Below the pieces are notes generated by a model, which had not been told where the DNA came from, ran no database searches, and saw only the letters and a list, made by a program, of their open reading frames with translations. This document shows positions 52,005-64,000 of a stretch of DNA of 64,000 nt, one piece after another. Each line of letters starts with the position of its first letter. Position 1 is the stretch's first letter. This stretch comes from Octopus sinensis (lineage: Eukaryota). The position numbers and the translations under genes were made by a program. The stretch is from NCBI RefSeq assembly GCF_006345805.1, contig NC_043002.1, positions 70,804,001 through 70,868,000 of the forward strand, read 5' to 3'.

Positions 52005-52820
52005 GTCTGTGGAATTTTGAAGGCTCTCGGATTCGCGAACTTGTACACAAGTCCGGGTTTCATTATGAAGCCAGCGGCATTGCCACGCGTATTTAGCATC
52101 ATTCTGTCTTTCTGTTCATTAAATTCTGGGGCTCTGGCTCTGTCCATCAAGTTGTACGTTCTGGAAAGTATCTATCTTCTTTCAGAACATGTCAGTCTAT
52201 TTCATACTGAACGCCTGTTCCTGTTTATATCCTTGTCCCCGATCACCTGCCTGAAGGTGTCGAGCTACCTCTCGGTGACTTTGTTGGCTGATGCTATCTC
52301 TCTATGCAGGGAAACAAAAATTTATTTTAAAGTGTTTATGAAAACGGTCAAACCATTCCTTGCTGGTTTGAAAATTTTCGGGCTCCGGTGCTGTCAAGGG
52401 TCTTTTATGCAGTTCTTCGGTGCCTTCTGCTCCTTTTCCTCTGTCGAACTGCTGGTGTAAAATCGCGCTTTCTCGCGGATGATGTTACCACTCAAGGGGA
52501 TGGTTTTCGTTTTGCAGTCACTTATCCACAATGCCAAAGCAGATTCCATCCTGACTCAGTGCTTATATCTCAATATCGTTATCTTTTTGACACAATCACA
52601 GAAACTTAATGTTACGGTAGTCCTGATTGCCACCTCGTTCTTCTTTATGTAGCGTAGGTGCGTTCATTAACAATATAATAGCGACCTACTGCTGCATAAC
52701 TTTTACCTTCCCGGAACATGTCCAACAGTTGTACCTTCTCATTGAGCGTCATAGCCTGTTTTTGGCGCTTAGGTTCACTGCCAGAAGCCTTAGATGGTGT
52801 AGGACGTTTAGGTGGCATCC
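52005..52820 (-). mobile_element. Tigger/pogo-family transposase remnant (CENP-B HTH region to start of DDE)
   Basis: MPPKRPTPSKASGSEPKRQKQAMTLNEKVQLLDMFREGKSYAAVGR; FQTSKEWFDRFHKHF; KDRMML..GNAAGFIMKPGLVYKFANPRAFK. Many stops and frameshifts. Confidence 0.88.
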
Positions 52821-53672
52821 TAAGAATTTAATAACACGCTGCGAAGAACACAACACTCAACAAAATACCGGATATAGCTACTTGACGCACTTTTTACCCA
52901 CCAAAAACCTACAAAAAGTCTTCATTACGTCTAATATGCGCATAACATCAATGGGAGTTTGAACAGAGATTAAAAATAATCACGGTTTTGAAAGTTTAGT
53001 TTGTATTACGACTAGATACAGTAATCTATACTATAATAATAAGAAAGAAAGAGAGAGTGAGAGAGAGAGAGAGGGGGACAGCAAGTAAACTAATTTCAAT
53101 AAGGCTACATTGGCTCACAACTTTAAAAGTTATACTGTTGAAATAAACAATGTGTATGAGCAGATATAGCGATGATTTTTAAAAGTGCGCTGGTATAAAA
53201 TTTACGTTCTGTCTTGTGTTGTATATATATTTGAATTGTCATCTACAACTAGCCCAAGATGTTTTTGAGAGACAAATACAGCAAGAGAGGGAGAAAGGGT
53301 GTATATGTGTGAAATATAGAAATATGTCGCTTACTAATTAGCAAGCTTTGATTGAAAGCAGGAATGAAAGATATAAGATACAAGTCTACTTGTATCTAAA
53401 ACACATTCAGAAGTACAATAGAAATAATCTTTGGCACAAATTATACAGCCGATGTATTAAATCTCATTTGAATCCAATGATAAATATAGCTATAAATGTT
53501 GGAATGTATCATTCGTAGCACAATAATTCTTTCAGTTAATGAGAATTCAAGCACAACTATGGACTCATGCTGATTTCTCACAAATGTAACAAACGAGAAT
53601 TCTTGAATCAGGTTCTACATACACTCAGACATATGCAAACACACACACATATGTATGCATGTATGTATCAAC

Positions 53673-53743
<71 letters not shown>

Positions 53744-53796
53744 GAGAGAGGGGCGAGAGAGAGAGAGAGGGGAGACTGCGGCAGCGATACTGGTTA

Positions 53797-54054
53797 TTAA
53801 TAGTTATCGTCAAGCTAACATGGCAGTCCAGGAAAATAGGACGAATGCTGTCGTTGATTAGATCCAGGAGACCATGGCATCTAGCTAGCTATGTGATACA
53901 CAAACCTGTGTCCATTATAACCCTCGAAGGTCGTAATGCACACACATTTGTGAGTCATAAAGCTACCTAGAGGCAATGGCCTCTTGGAGCTAATCAACGG
54001 CAGCAATTGTCCTATTTTCCTGGACTGCCATGTTAGCTTGACGATAACTATTAA
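53797..54054. mobile_element. 258-bp foldback element bounded by TTAA at both ends
   Basis: Perfect 46-bp outer arms TTAATAGTTATCGTCAAGCTAACATGGCAGTCCAGGAAAATAGGAC; imperfect pairing continues to a central loop near 53925. Confidence 0.88.
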
Positions 54055-54059
54055 GGTAT

Positions 54060-54530
54060 GGGATTCTATCGATATAACTCGACAAAATCTAAACACTTCA
54101 CTTCGGGTATTTCCGTGGAAGCAAATGACAATTCGATTCTGTTTTCTGCCTGAAAATTTGCGGATATTACATACACACATGAAACAGGTAAGTACAAACA
54201 TGCAAGGCTTTTTTTCTTCAAGTTTAAAATGAGACATTGCTGGCATAATTTCGTTATATCTATACTCCACAACCCACGGAAATACCCGAAGTGAAATGTC
54301 TCGATCTTGCCGAGTTATATCGAAGGAATGCCCGATGGCATTTTTTCGATATGACTCGACAAAATCAAAACATTTCACCGGGTATTTCCGTGGAAGCAAA
54401 TGGCTATTCGATTCTGTTTTCTGCTTGGAAATTTGCGGATTTTACATATACACATGAAACAAGTAAGCTATATCGAAGGAATGCCCGATGTTTAAAATGA
54501 GACATTGCTGGCATAATTTCCACAAACCAC
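54060..54530. mobile_element. Two tandem MITE-like copies with ~50-bp inverted ends
   Basis: cgatataactcgacaaaat...gggtatttccgtgg at 54070 and 54347; reverse complement ccacggaaatacccgaagtgaa...gagttatatcg at 54274-54322. Confidence 0.7.
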
Positions 54531-55440
54531 GGAAATTTTGATAAACTACTCAAAGGAATTTCATGAAAATTTTGAAAAACTTTTCAAAGATTTCGGTGAA
54601 AATTCAAAAAAACTTTTCAAAAGAATTTGATAAAAATCCTGAAAAACTTTTTAAAGATATGATGAAATATTTGAAAAACTTTTCAAAGGATTTTGATGAA
54701 AATTTTGAAAAAATTTTCTAAGGAATTTCATGAAAATTTTGAAAAACTTTTCATTAAATTTTGATGAAAATGTTTTAAAAAATTCAAAGGAATTTTATGA
54801 AACTTTTGTGAACATTTTGAAAGGAATTCGACGAAAATTGTGTAAAACTTTTCAAACGAATTTGATGAAAATTTTGAAAAAGTTTTCAAAGATTGTGCTG
54901 AAAATTTCAAAAAATCTTTTAAAGGAATTTCATGAAAATTTTAAAAACTTTTCAAAGGAATTTCATGAAAATTTTGGAAATTTTTCAAAGGAATTTGCTG
55001 AAAGTTTTGAAAAACATTTCAAAGATTTTGGTGACAATTTTGAAAAACGTTTCAAAGGTTGAAAATCTCGAAAATCTTTTCAAAGGAATTTGATAAAAAA
55101 TTTGAAAAACCTTTCAAAGACTTTTGTGAAAATTTCGAAACACATTTCAAAGGAATTTGATGCAAATTTTGAAACAGTTTTCAATGCTACTGGTGAAATT
55201 TTTGAGAAACGTTTCAAAGGAATTTGATATAAGTTTTCAATAATTTTTGAAACGATTTCGATGAAAATTTTTAAAATCTTTTCAAGGGAATTTGATGTAA
55301 ATTTTGGAAAACTTCTCAAATTAATTTGAGGATCATTTTGAAAAAGTTTTCAAAGAAATTGTGAGAGTTTTCAGAACATTTCAATAGAATTTGATGTTAA
55401 TTTTGAAAAAATTGTGAAAGAAATTTGATGAATTTATGTT
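54530..55440. repeat. Degenerate ~33-34-bp satellite (aaggaatttgatgaaaattttgaaaaacttttca), roughly 25-27 units
   Basis: Recurrent caaaggaattt and gaaaattttgaaaaac blocks; ~11-bp sub-periodicity. Confidence 0.92.
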
Positions 55441-55449
55441 AAAATTTGA

Positions 55450-55618
55450 TTTCTTCTTCTTCTTCTTCTTCTTCTTCTTCTTCTTCTTCTTCTTCTTGCT
55501 TCTTCTTCTTCTTCTTCTTCTTCTTCTTCTTCTTCTTCTTCTTCTTCTTCTTCTTCTTCTTCTTCTTCTTCTTCTTCTTTCTTCTTCTTCTTCTTCTTCT
55601 TCTTCTTCTTCTTCTTTC
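55450..55618. repeat. (TTC)n microsatellite
   Basis: Direct reading. Confidence 0.97.
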
Positions 55619-55871
55619 CCTACCTAGAATTCAAAACGACCTCGAACCCACAAAATTAAACAAGAGAGACAGAGACAGGCAGAAACAAGGAAAATGACAC
55701 TTGCAAATGCCACTTGTACTATGCAAATATTCTTTTAAAATACTTTTCATTTAATGTTCCCAAAATTTAATTGTTTTCCATACTTACAGTTGAAAAAGTC
55801 TCGATGACTGAAATCAGTACTGAAATGTCTTTTATAAAATTATTTTAGCATTTTCTATCTTGACTTTTACC

Positions 55872-56034
<163 letters not shown>

Positions 56035-56057
56035 TATAGATATATAGATATATAGGT

Positions 56058-56094
<37 letters not shown>

Positions 56095-57399
56095 TATGCA
56101 TATATATACACACTCATACATATATATGCGCTTGTGTGTATGTGTTTGTATGTATAATTTGAGTTGATTGGTCAAGGAGCGAGAAATTACAGAACTTAAT
56201 ACGGAAACATTCTGTATACTTTCACACATTATACACGGAATATTTAAATTGCTAGTTCTCCGACTTCAACATTTCAACTGTTTCAACCGGTAAGCTTATC
56301 CCGCTGCTCCTTAAATAATCTAATACATGCATATGTTTTGAAATACTATGCATATGACATTTGGGAAATGCATATGTCTAGGTCTTTTTTGTGGCGTGCG
56401 AATGATACTTAAAGCGACAGAGTCCGCTAATTCGTTGCTGGTGGGAATATCGAAACGTCGTGTTTCTTTATATTCAACTTTGCATTTGTAAGCAACACCT
56501 TATACAAGACAGTTCACTCTTCCATTTGTTCTTTTATGTAATTCTGTTTTTGTTAAAGTAATTCTTGGAATATATTATAAAAATATTTTGATATAGGAAT
56601 TTTTTTACAAACCAATTCGAAAATCGAGAACGCCTATGTCTACAAGACAAATACTTATCTGGAATACAATTAAATTTGTTCTTGAGTTCAAACTATTACT
56701 GCAAAAGGCACTTCTTAAGATCCAATCGAACATACCAAGTACATGGACGTTCCAATCATTTTCTATGAATCGTGAACCAAATACTAATATTTTAAATGCT
56801 TTTAGACTGCGATTGATTGTAACCAAGCACATTAGCGTGGAACCTTCGCTGGTCTTTCCATAATCCAACAATAAACCTTGAACTGCTTTAGCCAGCACAG
56901 ATTACTTCCATCACATCTTTAGTTATATTTTCCAAAACTGCTCATGAATGTATTTTATTTGGCAAGCTCTCTTCCTCATTGCTTTCAGATTTTAAGCATA
57001 CTGAGAGAGAATTTTTCTGCTAATTGAGATTAATGCCAGTTATTTAAAGTGTTTTAACTCTATATATTGCATATGCAAGAATCCATCGCATTTGTTCTCA
57101 TATATAATGGAGCCATTGATCAAAAAGCTTTCTTTTCACTCTAATGCGTTTTGTATTTTCATTCAATTAGCATAGTGGTGAGGTGCAATTTGATTTATAT
57201 TGAACCTCATCTTTGTATTTTTGCACCTATACACGCACGCACATTCTTACATACACAAACATGCTTATCTGTTCTCTCACCGAAATGTATGGATTTCACT
57301 TTAAGTTAGATTGCTTTAGTTTCTACTGGGCGTTTGTATGTTTATGTCATATTACTTTTTCTGTTTTTGATTTTACTATTTCTCATATGGAAAATCAGC

Positions 57400-57600
57400 G
57401 AATCATTAGCACGCTGGACAAACTTCTTAACGGCATTTCTTTCGGCTTTACACACTGAGTTCAAAATTCCGCTGGAGTCAGCTTTGCTTTTAATCGATTC
57501 AGGTTTGATAAAATAAGTACGAGTTAAATGCTGGGTTCAATGTAATCGACTAGACTACCCTCACCTATAATTTTAGGTCTTGTGCCTATGGTAGATAGAA
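57400..57600 (+). mobile_element. SINE family B variant, degenerate
   Basis: gcgaatcattagcacgctggac...ctgagttcaaaattccgc...aaataagtac...tgtaatcgactag...ggtcttgtgcct. Confidence 0.7.
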
Positions 57601-58257
57601 CGAAAGAATTATGGTAGTGAATTAACTGAAATCAGTCGATCAAAATGACTGTGTTCGTTCGGACTCTGTACGAACTCAAGCTGAAATCCAACCGAGGGAT
57701 TTTACTCCTCCTAGTGGTCAAATACTAATTTCTTTAATTAAAACTTTGTCCTAATTATCAGGTTTAATGTCTAAATTAGAAACAATTATTTATCACAACA
57801 ATATATATTTCTTATGTTAATCACAATTTTTTTGTTATAAATCTAGTTTTTATTTTGGGGAAGAGATACTTAAAATTCTAGTAAGTATTTTAGCAAAGAA
57901 TTGTTATACCTATTTTCTATCTCCATCTATGAATCCTATGTCTATCCATTCCAAATCTACACTGAATAATTTTACAACGATTTTTTCTCAAACATGCCAG
58001 CACTTATGTAGAACTCCTTACCCCTAATAATTATCCCTCTCTATATATCTCTCACTCATCTCACACACGCTCAATATCATTCACACTTACAAACATTACC
58101 TTTACACCCTTAAAGAAGCTCAAGGCTTTACCATCACAAGATACTCTTACTATCTTTACTGCTACCTCAAACCTCCAGCAGTTTATCGAATAATATATTT
58201 AGAGGAAACCGATTTTATTCACACCTTTTTTTATGTTAATCTTTCTAGTGTTTTTTC

Positions 58258-58489
58258 TTATGCCCATGGCTATCCACTCATCATCCATATCGATACGGAA
58301 CGTGTAGAGGCCAAATATCTTGAATCGTTTACAGACTTCACTATTCTGTTTCGTCACTTAAAAGTAGCTTCAACCAACTCCACATTATCATTCTCATCTC
58401 CATTATATCTTTTGCATCTCCAGAGTAACACTCGATGTATTCATCAATTATTACGCCCATTGCAACGCCTGGTTATTTCTGACTGAAGT
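58258..58489 (+). repeat. 232-bp direct duplication, copy 1 (copy 2 at 60008-60239)
   Basis: Identical apart from 4 substitutions; offset 1750 bp. Confidence 0.95.
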
Positions 58490-58669
58490 CAAATCATTCT
58501 CTCAGCGAACAACAATCAATAGCCATTGAAGCTCTCGCTACGTTAAGTTTACTACTTTGTCGAATATCAGCAAATTAACGCTGAATTTCAGAAAATGTTT
58601 TTGAAGAGCTTTTGACGCGCCATAAACATACTTGCGTCCCCTACATATGGTAGGGCATATCTAACTATC

Positions 58670-58671
58670 TG

Positions 58672-58756
<85 letters not shown>

Positions 58757-58844
58757 TTATCTATCTATCTTCCTATTTATCTAGCTATTTTTCTAGCTAC
58801 CTACCTACCTACCTACCTACCTACCTACATACCTACCTACCTAC

Positions 58845-58881
<37 letters not shown>

Positions 58882-58917
58882 GATCTTTATATCTACCTAT
58901 CTATCTATCTATCTATC

Positions 58918-58959
<42 letters not shown>

Positions 58960-59046
58960 TTATCTATCTACCTATCTAGCTATCTTACTATCCACCTATG
59001 TAACTATCGATCTACCTACATACCTACCTATCCATTCATCCATCCC

Positions 59047-59129
<83 letters not shown>

Positions 59130-59150
59130 CTATCTCTATCTATCTATTCT
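58670..59150. repeat. (TCTA)n/(CCTA)n compound microsatellite
   Basis: Direct reading. Confidence 0.97.
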
Positions 59151-59205
59151 CCACGAAGATGAAGGTATATATATATGTATGTATGTATATGTATATGTAT
59201 ATATA

Positions 59206-59797
59206 TGGAATTTTTCTCTTGCCCTTATTTTGTAAATTATTTATAAATTTAACCTTTAAAGGTATTTTTTGATATGTTGGCCATTGATAAAAATTTTTTC
59301 CCGAAAAAATTTTTTATCATACTTTAGTTATAAACTTAATAGTGTTCACTTCCGGATTCTCTCACTGTGTGAAAGTTTCTAGTTCGAATCACACGTGTCT
59401 CGAGATGTGTCGAAGATTTTCTATTTTGGATATATTTGGGGTACTTAGGTCTGCTCGTGACTTAGTACTTGCTTTTTCCATGGGTATGAGTAAGTATTTC
59501 ACTTATATCTCACGTTTTTATCGCTGAAGTGGGGAAAATTCTTACGAATTAACCCCGAAATTGGGACCAATACGGTAATAAATGATTTTTTAGAAATTTC
59601 TATCGGTTTGTTTCGAGACGCATAAATTATAATGGTTATTGACAATTTTTGTCTTTTTTTCGGTATATTTGGCATTGGAATTTTTCTTTTGCACTTATTT
59701 TGTAAATTATTTATAAATTAAAACTTTAAAGGTATTTTTTAATATGCTGGCCATTGATAAAAATTTTTCCCGAAAAAGAAATGTTATCCTACATTAG

Positions 59798-59801
<4 letters not shown>
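59206..59801. mobile_element. ~600-bp unit with ~125-bp terminal direct repeats (period 470 bp), between TA-rich microsatellites
   Basis: tggaatttttct.ttgc.cttattttgtaaattatttataaatt...ggccattgataaaaatttttcccgaaaaa at 59206 and 59676. Confidence 0.65.
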
Positions 59802-59864
<63 letters not shown>

Positions 59865-60007
59865 TTTACATATATATATACATATATATATATATACACA
59901 CACGCATACTCACACATACATACACAGAGTGAGATGAATGAACTGTCGTTTAAATTACACACACAAAAAAGAAAATAACACTGACAACTTATTTGGCAAC
60001 TTATTTT

Positions 60008-60239
60008 TTATGCACATGGCTATCCACTCATCATCCATATCGATACGGAACGTGTAGAGGCCAAATATCTTGAATCGTTTACAGACTTCACTATTCTGTA
60101 TCGTCACTTAAAAGTAGCTCCAACCAACTTCACATTATCATTCTCATCTCCATTATATCTTTTGCATCTCCAGAGTAACACTCGATGTATTCATCAATTA
60201 TTACGCCCATTGCAACGCCTGGTTATTTCTGACTGAAGT
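60008..60239 (+). repeat. 232-bp direct duplication, copy 2
   Basis: Matches 58258-58489; abuts the end of the transposase remnant. Confidence 0.95.
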
Positions 60240-60271
60240 TTACCAAAATTACATAAAATTATCTAGAAATA

Positions 60272-60800
60272 CTAAGGACTAAATTTACTCAATAAAATCG
60301 TCATTGCCTTCAACCACGGCTTCCAGGTGACTTCGGAATCTCCTGCAACTCTTCTGTATTGTTTCTCCTTGTTTATGTTGGTGAATGCTGCGATAATTCT
60401 TGCCTTCAGTTCTTCTTTGTTGTTACAATGAATGCTGTTGGTCTCTCGCTCAACTGCACCCCATATGTAATAATCAAAGTGATTGAAGTCTGGGGTGTTA
60501 GGCCAGATGTTAGGGGTGATTTCGGCGTAGAAATTGTCTGATAGCCATGACTGGGTTCTCGTGTTTGTGAGGAATGGTGCAGAGTCTCGTTCCCAGACAT
60601 AAAGTGTTCCAGCAGTTGCCCTCTTGAACCATGGCAGCACTACTTCCTGCAGGCACTTGATGTAGACCTCCGTGTTGTGTCCGAGGCCGTGTGAGAAGAT
60701 AAATGGAGGCATAACTTTGCCATCATTTGTGATCAATCCAAAGGCCATGATGTTGACTGGATGTTTAATTTTTATCACAAATCGGTACATGTCCTGAGAT
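60272..60800 (-). mobile_element. Tc1/mariner transposase catalytic-domain remnant, maT/DD37D-like
   Basis: KHPVNIMAFG...MPPFIF...YIKCLQEVVLPW...WERDSAP...TQSWLSDNF...WPNTPDFNHFDYYIWGAVER. There are 36 residues between the second and third Asp, consistent with DD37D minus one residue in WPP(N/S)SPD. Confidence 0.88.
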
Positions 60801-62346
60801 TGCACTGTCCTCAGATTGACACCCAAACACTCAAATGTTCGTGATGGACCTTCTCGCGCGAATACCTAGCAATTTATGTCCTTTCCAAATTTTTGGCAGT
60901 GTGAATTGCATCATGTGGCTGTTTTTATTAAATAGTGTACAGCTGACTCTACCGTACAGTGTAGTTGACAAAATCGAAAACAGACAAAGCGCATGCGCCA
61001 AATTTATAGAAATATAAAATGGCGAAAAACATTAAAGTTTTAAGTATATTGGCGTACTTACAGGTCCTTGGATGTCCTCTGATATTTCGTTTCTCAGATG
61101 GAACAACAATATAATGTTTTTCTCTTAAATCTGTTGGTCAGAGAATGATTTTGCAAGTTTAAAAAATCGGTAGGGAGCAGAACAACATGGCAAGGCATAT
61201 GTTAATACAATGCACGTATGTGTTGATTTAAAATCATACTGTGGTCAAACTCTGTATGTTAGCGTTCCAGGAAAGATTAAATATGCATCAGTCATCTATC
61301 AGATTTTATTGAACCACCTCTAATCCTAACAGCTGGCCATCAGCCAATCTAAGAAATGTTTGAATGTTATTTCACATGTAAATAAACATAGTAAAATAAC
61401 AACAATCGCAGTATAATTTGTGTAGATTAATGTTCCTTTTCAACGAATCGTTTAGCTGTAAACGAAATATACTCAAATTGTTATTTACCCAAATATTGAA
61501 AACTCATATTACTATTGAATAATTGCAACTGAGAAAGGTTTAATATATTTGAAGTTTACTATCTCCTAATTATATTAGTGTAAATTGAATTTGCATATTT
61601 TGTATCACAAATCAAATGCTGCACCAAAATAGCTACCTTAAATTTATACATATTAATACCTGCGCGTAAAGATTCCCTCAAATGTGCAAAATTCGAAAAT
61701 AAAAATTTATTATTTATTCAGTAATGAAAGAAGAGATTGTATGTCGACTAATGGATAGTATAATGAAGGCGTACATTATGTAACATAGTTTGGAGTAATA
61801 CGCTAGTTCAGTATGAAAATAACCTTGGTAGAAGAGATACAGCACACTACTGAAGCGCTAATCAAACAGTTTGGTGGTCTCTCCTGCGAAGATGTTATGA
61901 TATTATATGTGTTATATTTTCCAAATCTCATATCAGGAAATCAATACTGTTGGGTGAAGGAGAAGTCATATCGAATTACATAAGCTCCATTCTCTGAAGA
62001 CAGACTTCGTTTTGAGATGCAACAATTACAGTAACTCCGAGGTATTTTGCTGTGCGTTGTTCATGAGCAGAGAGGGCATACAACGGTGGATTAAATATTG
62101 GTATCGTCGAGAAGAGAAAATATGGATCATATAATCCACCCCTATTGAACAAGACCGTGAATGCAATGGTATGGTGTGGTGTTGTCTTGTTTCTATTTTT
62201 GCAATTGCAACCAGAAGAGGAGTAGAAAATACTCACTGAATACAAGATATAGTTATTCATTTATTCTCAATTGAATTTAGGTATTGAACTTAAATTGCAT
62301 CTGATTTGCGGTTTCGTTTTGGATTTTATGTAGCTATATGATTAAG

Positions 62347-62605
62347 CGTGGAGGCGCGTGGCTTAGTGGTTAGGGTGTCAGCATCATGATCGTAAGATTG
62401 TGGTTTCGATTCCTGGACCGAGCGACGCATTGTGATCTTAAGCAAAGCGCTTCATTTCACGTTGCTCCAGTCCACTCAGCTGGCAAAAAGGAGTAACGCT
62501 GCGATGGAGTGGCGTCCTGTCGAGCTGGGGAACACATACCCCATAGAAACCGGGAAACCGGGACCATGTGCCTGGCTAAGCTTTAAAAGGGCGCATTTAT
62601 TTAAT
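62347..62605 (+). mobile_element. tRNA-derived SINE family C, full length
   Basis: gtggaggcgcgtggcttagtggttagg...ggtttcgattcc, central atttcacgttgctccagtccactcagc, tail aaaagggcgcat. Confidence 0.9.
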
Positions 62606-64000
62606 TTTTTTATAAGATTAAATGCATCACTTGTTTTCTAAGGATTGCTAGTGATGTTGCTGTTGTTGATGCAGTTGAGTCGACGTGAACGGTGATGGTG
62701 AAGTCGGATGATTAAACGAATCTCTGCAGAGGTATCACGTCTTTGAAATTTTTATCTCGCATGTATTTCCCATTCTTTTAGACAATGGAGTAGGATTTAG
62801 AGGAAATATAGCGGCAATTTCTTGTATGTTATGTAGGCAATCAACTGTTGGCACGTCTTAGTAAGATGGACCGTTCTGTCAAGTACGTGCTGAGACGTAT
62901 TGGATGAAACCAAAAAAACATTCGAATAAATGATATTAATTACCTTGGGACCAAAGTAGTGTTTATTTCAACAGCGATCGTAAAATTGCTTCGATTCAAA
63001 ATGCATACATACTTACACACATGCACACACACACACGTACGCACACGCGCATGCACACACGCAAACATATATAAAAATGACTAATATATAATATATATGA
63101 TATATTTGTATATAACTATTATATACATATATATATATATATATATGTAAGTAGGTGTACTATGTTATATACAAAGGAACATAAACACAAGCGCATACAT
63201 ACGCAGGCACACAACATGCATAGACGCAAACATATATCCAATATTTACCACCATTAAATGGTACAAATGCGATATGGAAAAACTATTTGAAGTGTAGACA
63301 CTTTAACGGCCGTACTTATAGACGCCGTTTTCCTTATCATTTAACATTCGTAATATTTTTTCATGTATGAGGATAAACAATGGAGCCATATATAGCCATA
63401 TTTATTGATTTCTCGCTGACTGTTTCTTTACGTCTTTCTGTATTTTCTCTCACCGAAAAAAATATATTGCAGTAAGGAAGGAAGAAAAAACGAGACGCAT
63501 TTGCCATATCTAGTTTGAGAAATAACAACATTCAACCATTGCTTTATAATAACCAGAAAATGTGCCCAATGTTTCGGAAAATAGGAAAATGATGAATCAT
63601 TTGAACATAAACCGATACAAAAATAAATAATTTTGTGTTTCTAATGACATTTATCATTGTCTTTTCTTAATTGTTTAGACACTTCAACTGTTTTGTTATT
63701 TTTCACGCTCTAACAATGAAATATAAATAAATATACACGCGAACTAACAAAGACAAAATACAATTAAATACGAAAACTATAGACGCTAAATAGTTTCAAA
63801 TGTCGTTCAAATAATATTAGCAATTCGATGGTTTTTTTGTTTTGTTTACTATTAAGTCTCATTGTTACTGTAGATTTCTCGCAAATTATTCATTACAGCC
63901 CTTTCTTAATATCTTTATCCGAGTCTCTATACAACATAACTCTTTCTAATATAATAATAAACGATATATATCATTCTCGGTGATCTGATGTTATATCGAT

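Noticed and set aside
56400-57000. Possible degenerate coding sequence and a GAAACGTC motif at ~56452
   Set aside because: Many stops in all frames, no recognisable motif, and no CUGANGA core upstream.

Overview
AT-rich eukaryotic genomic DNA, dense in microsatellites and transposon debris. The SINE families and repeat landscape point to an octopus or other coleoid cephalopod; this is inferred from recognition, with no database search. No intact host protein-coding gene can be supported. Almost all ORFs in the track come from (TA)n, (TG)n, (TCTA)n and trinucleotide repeats, or are antisense to mobile-element remnants. Recognisable coding remnants: a CR1-type LINE RT (5.15-6.3 kb), a Tx1/L1-type LINE 3' end inside (TCTA)n followed by four more 3'-UTR copies (20.3-23.0 kb), a Penelope-like RT (29.3-29.8 kb), an RTE LINE 3' end (31.7-32.4 kb), an internally deleted Helitron with its CTAG end (39.2-41.2 kb), a Tigger/pogo transposase (52.0-52.8 kb) and a Tc1/mariner maT-type (DD37D-like) transposase (60.3-60.8 kb). 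About 25 copies of tRNA-derived SINEs are present, with shuffled body and tail modules. The main unexplained signal is a set of minimal hammerhead-ribozyme-like motifs at 5.1, 26.7/27.4, 34.2-34.3 and 35.5-35.65 kb; one sits inside a tRNA-headed SINE and one pair inside ~370-bp direct repeats. Also present: two long near-perfect hairpins, two ~480-bp terminally redundant units inside (TA)n, a recent 232-bp duplication and one weak terminal-exon candidate at 11.84 kb.
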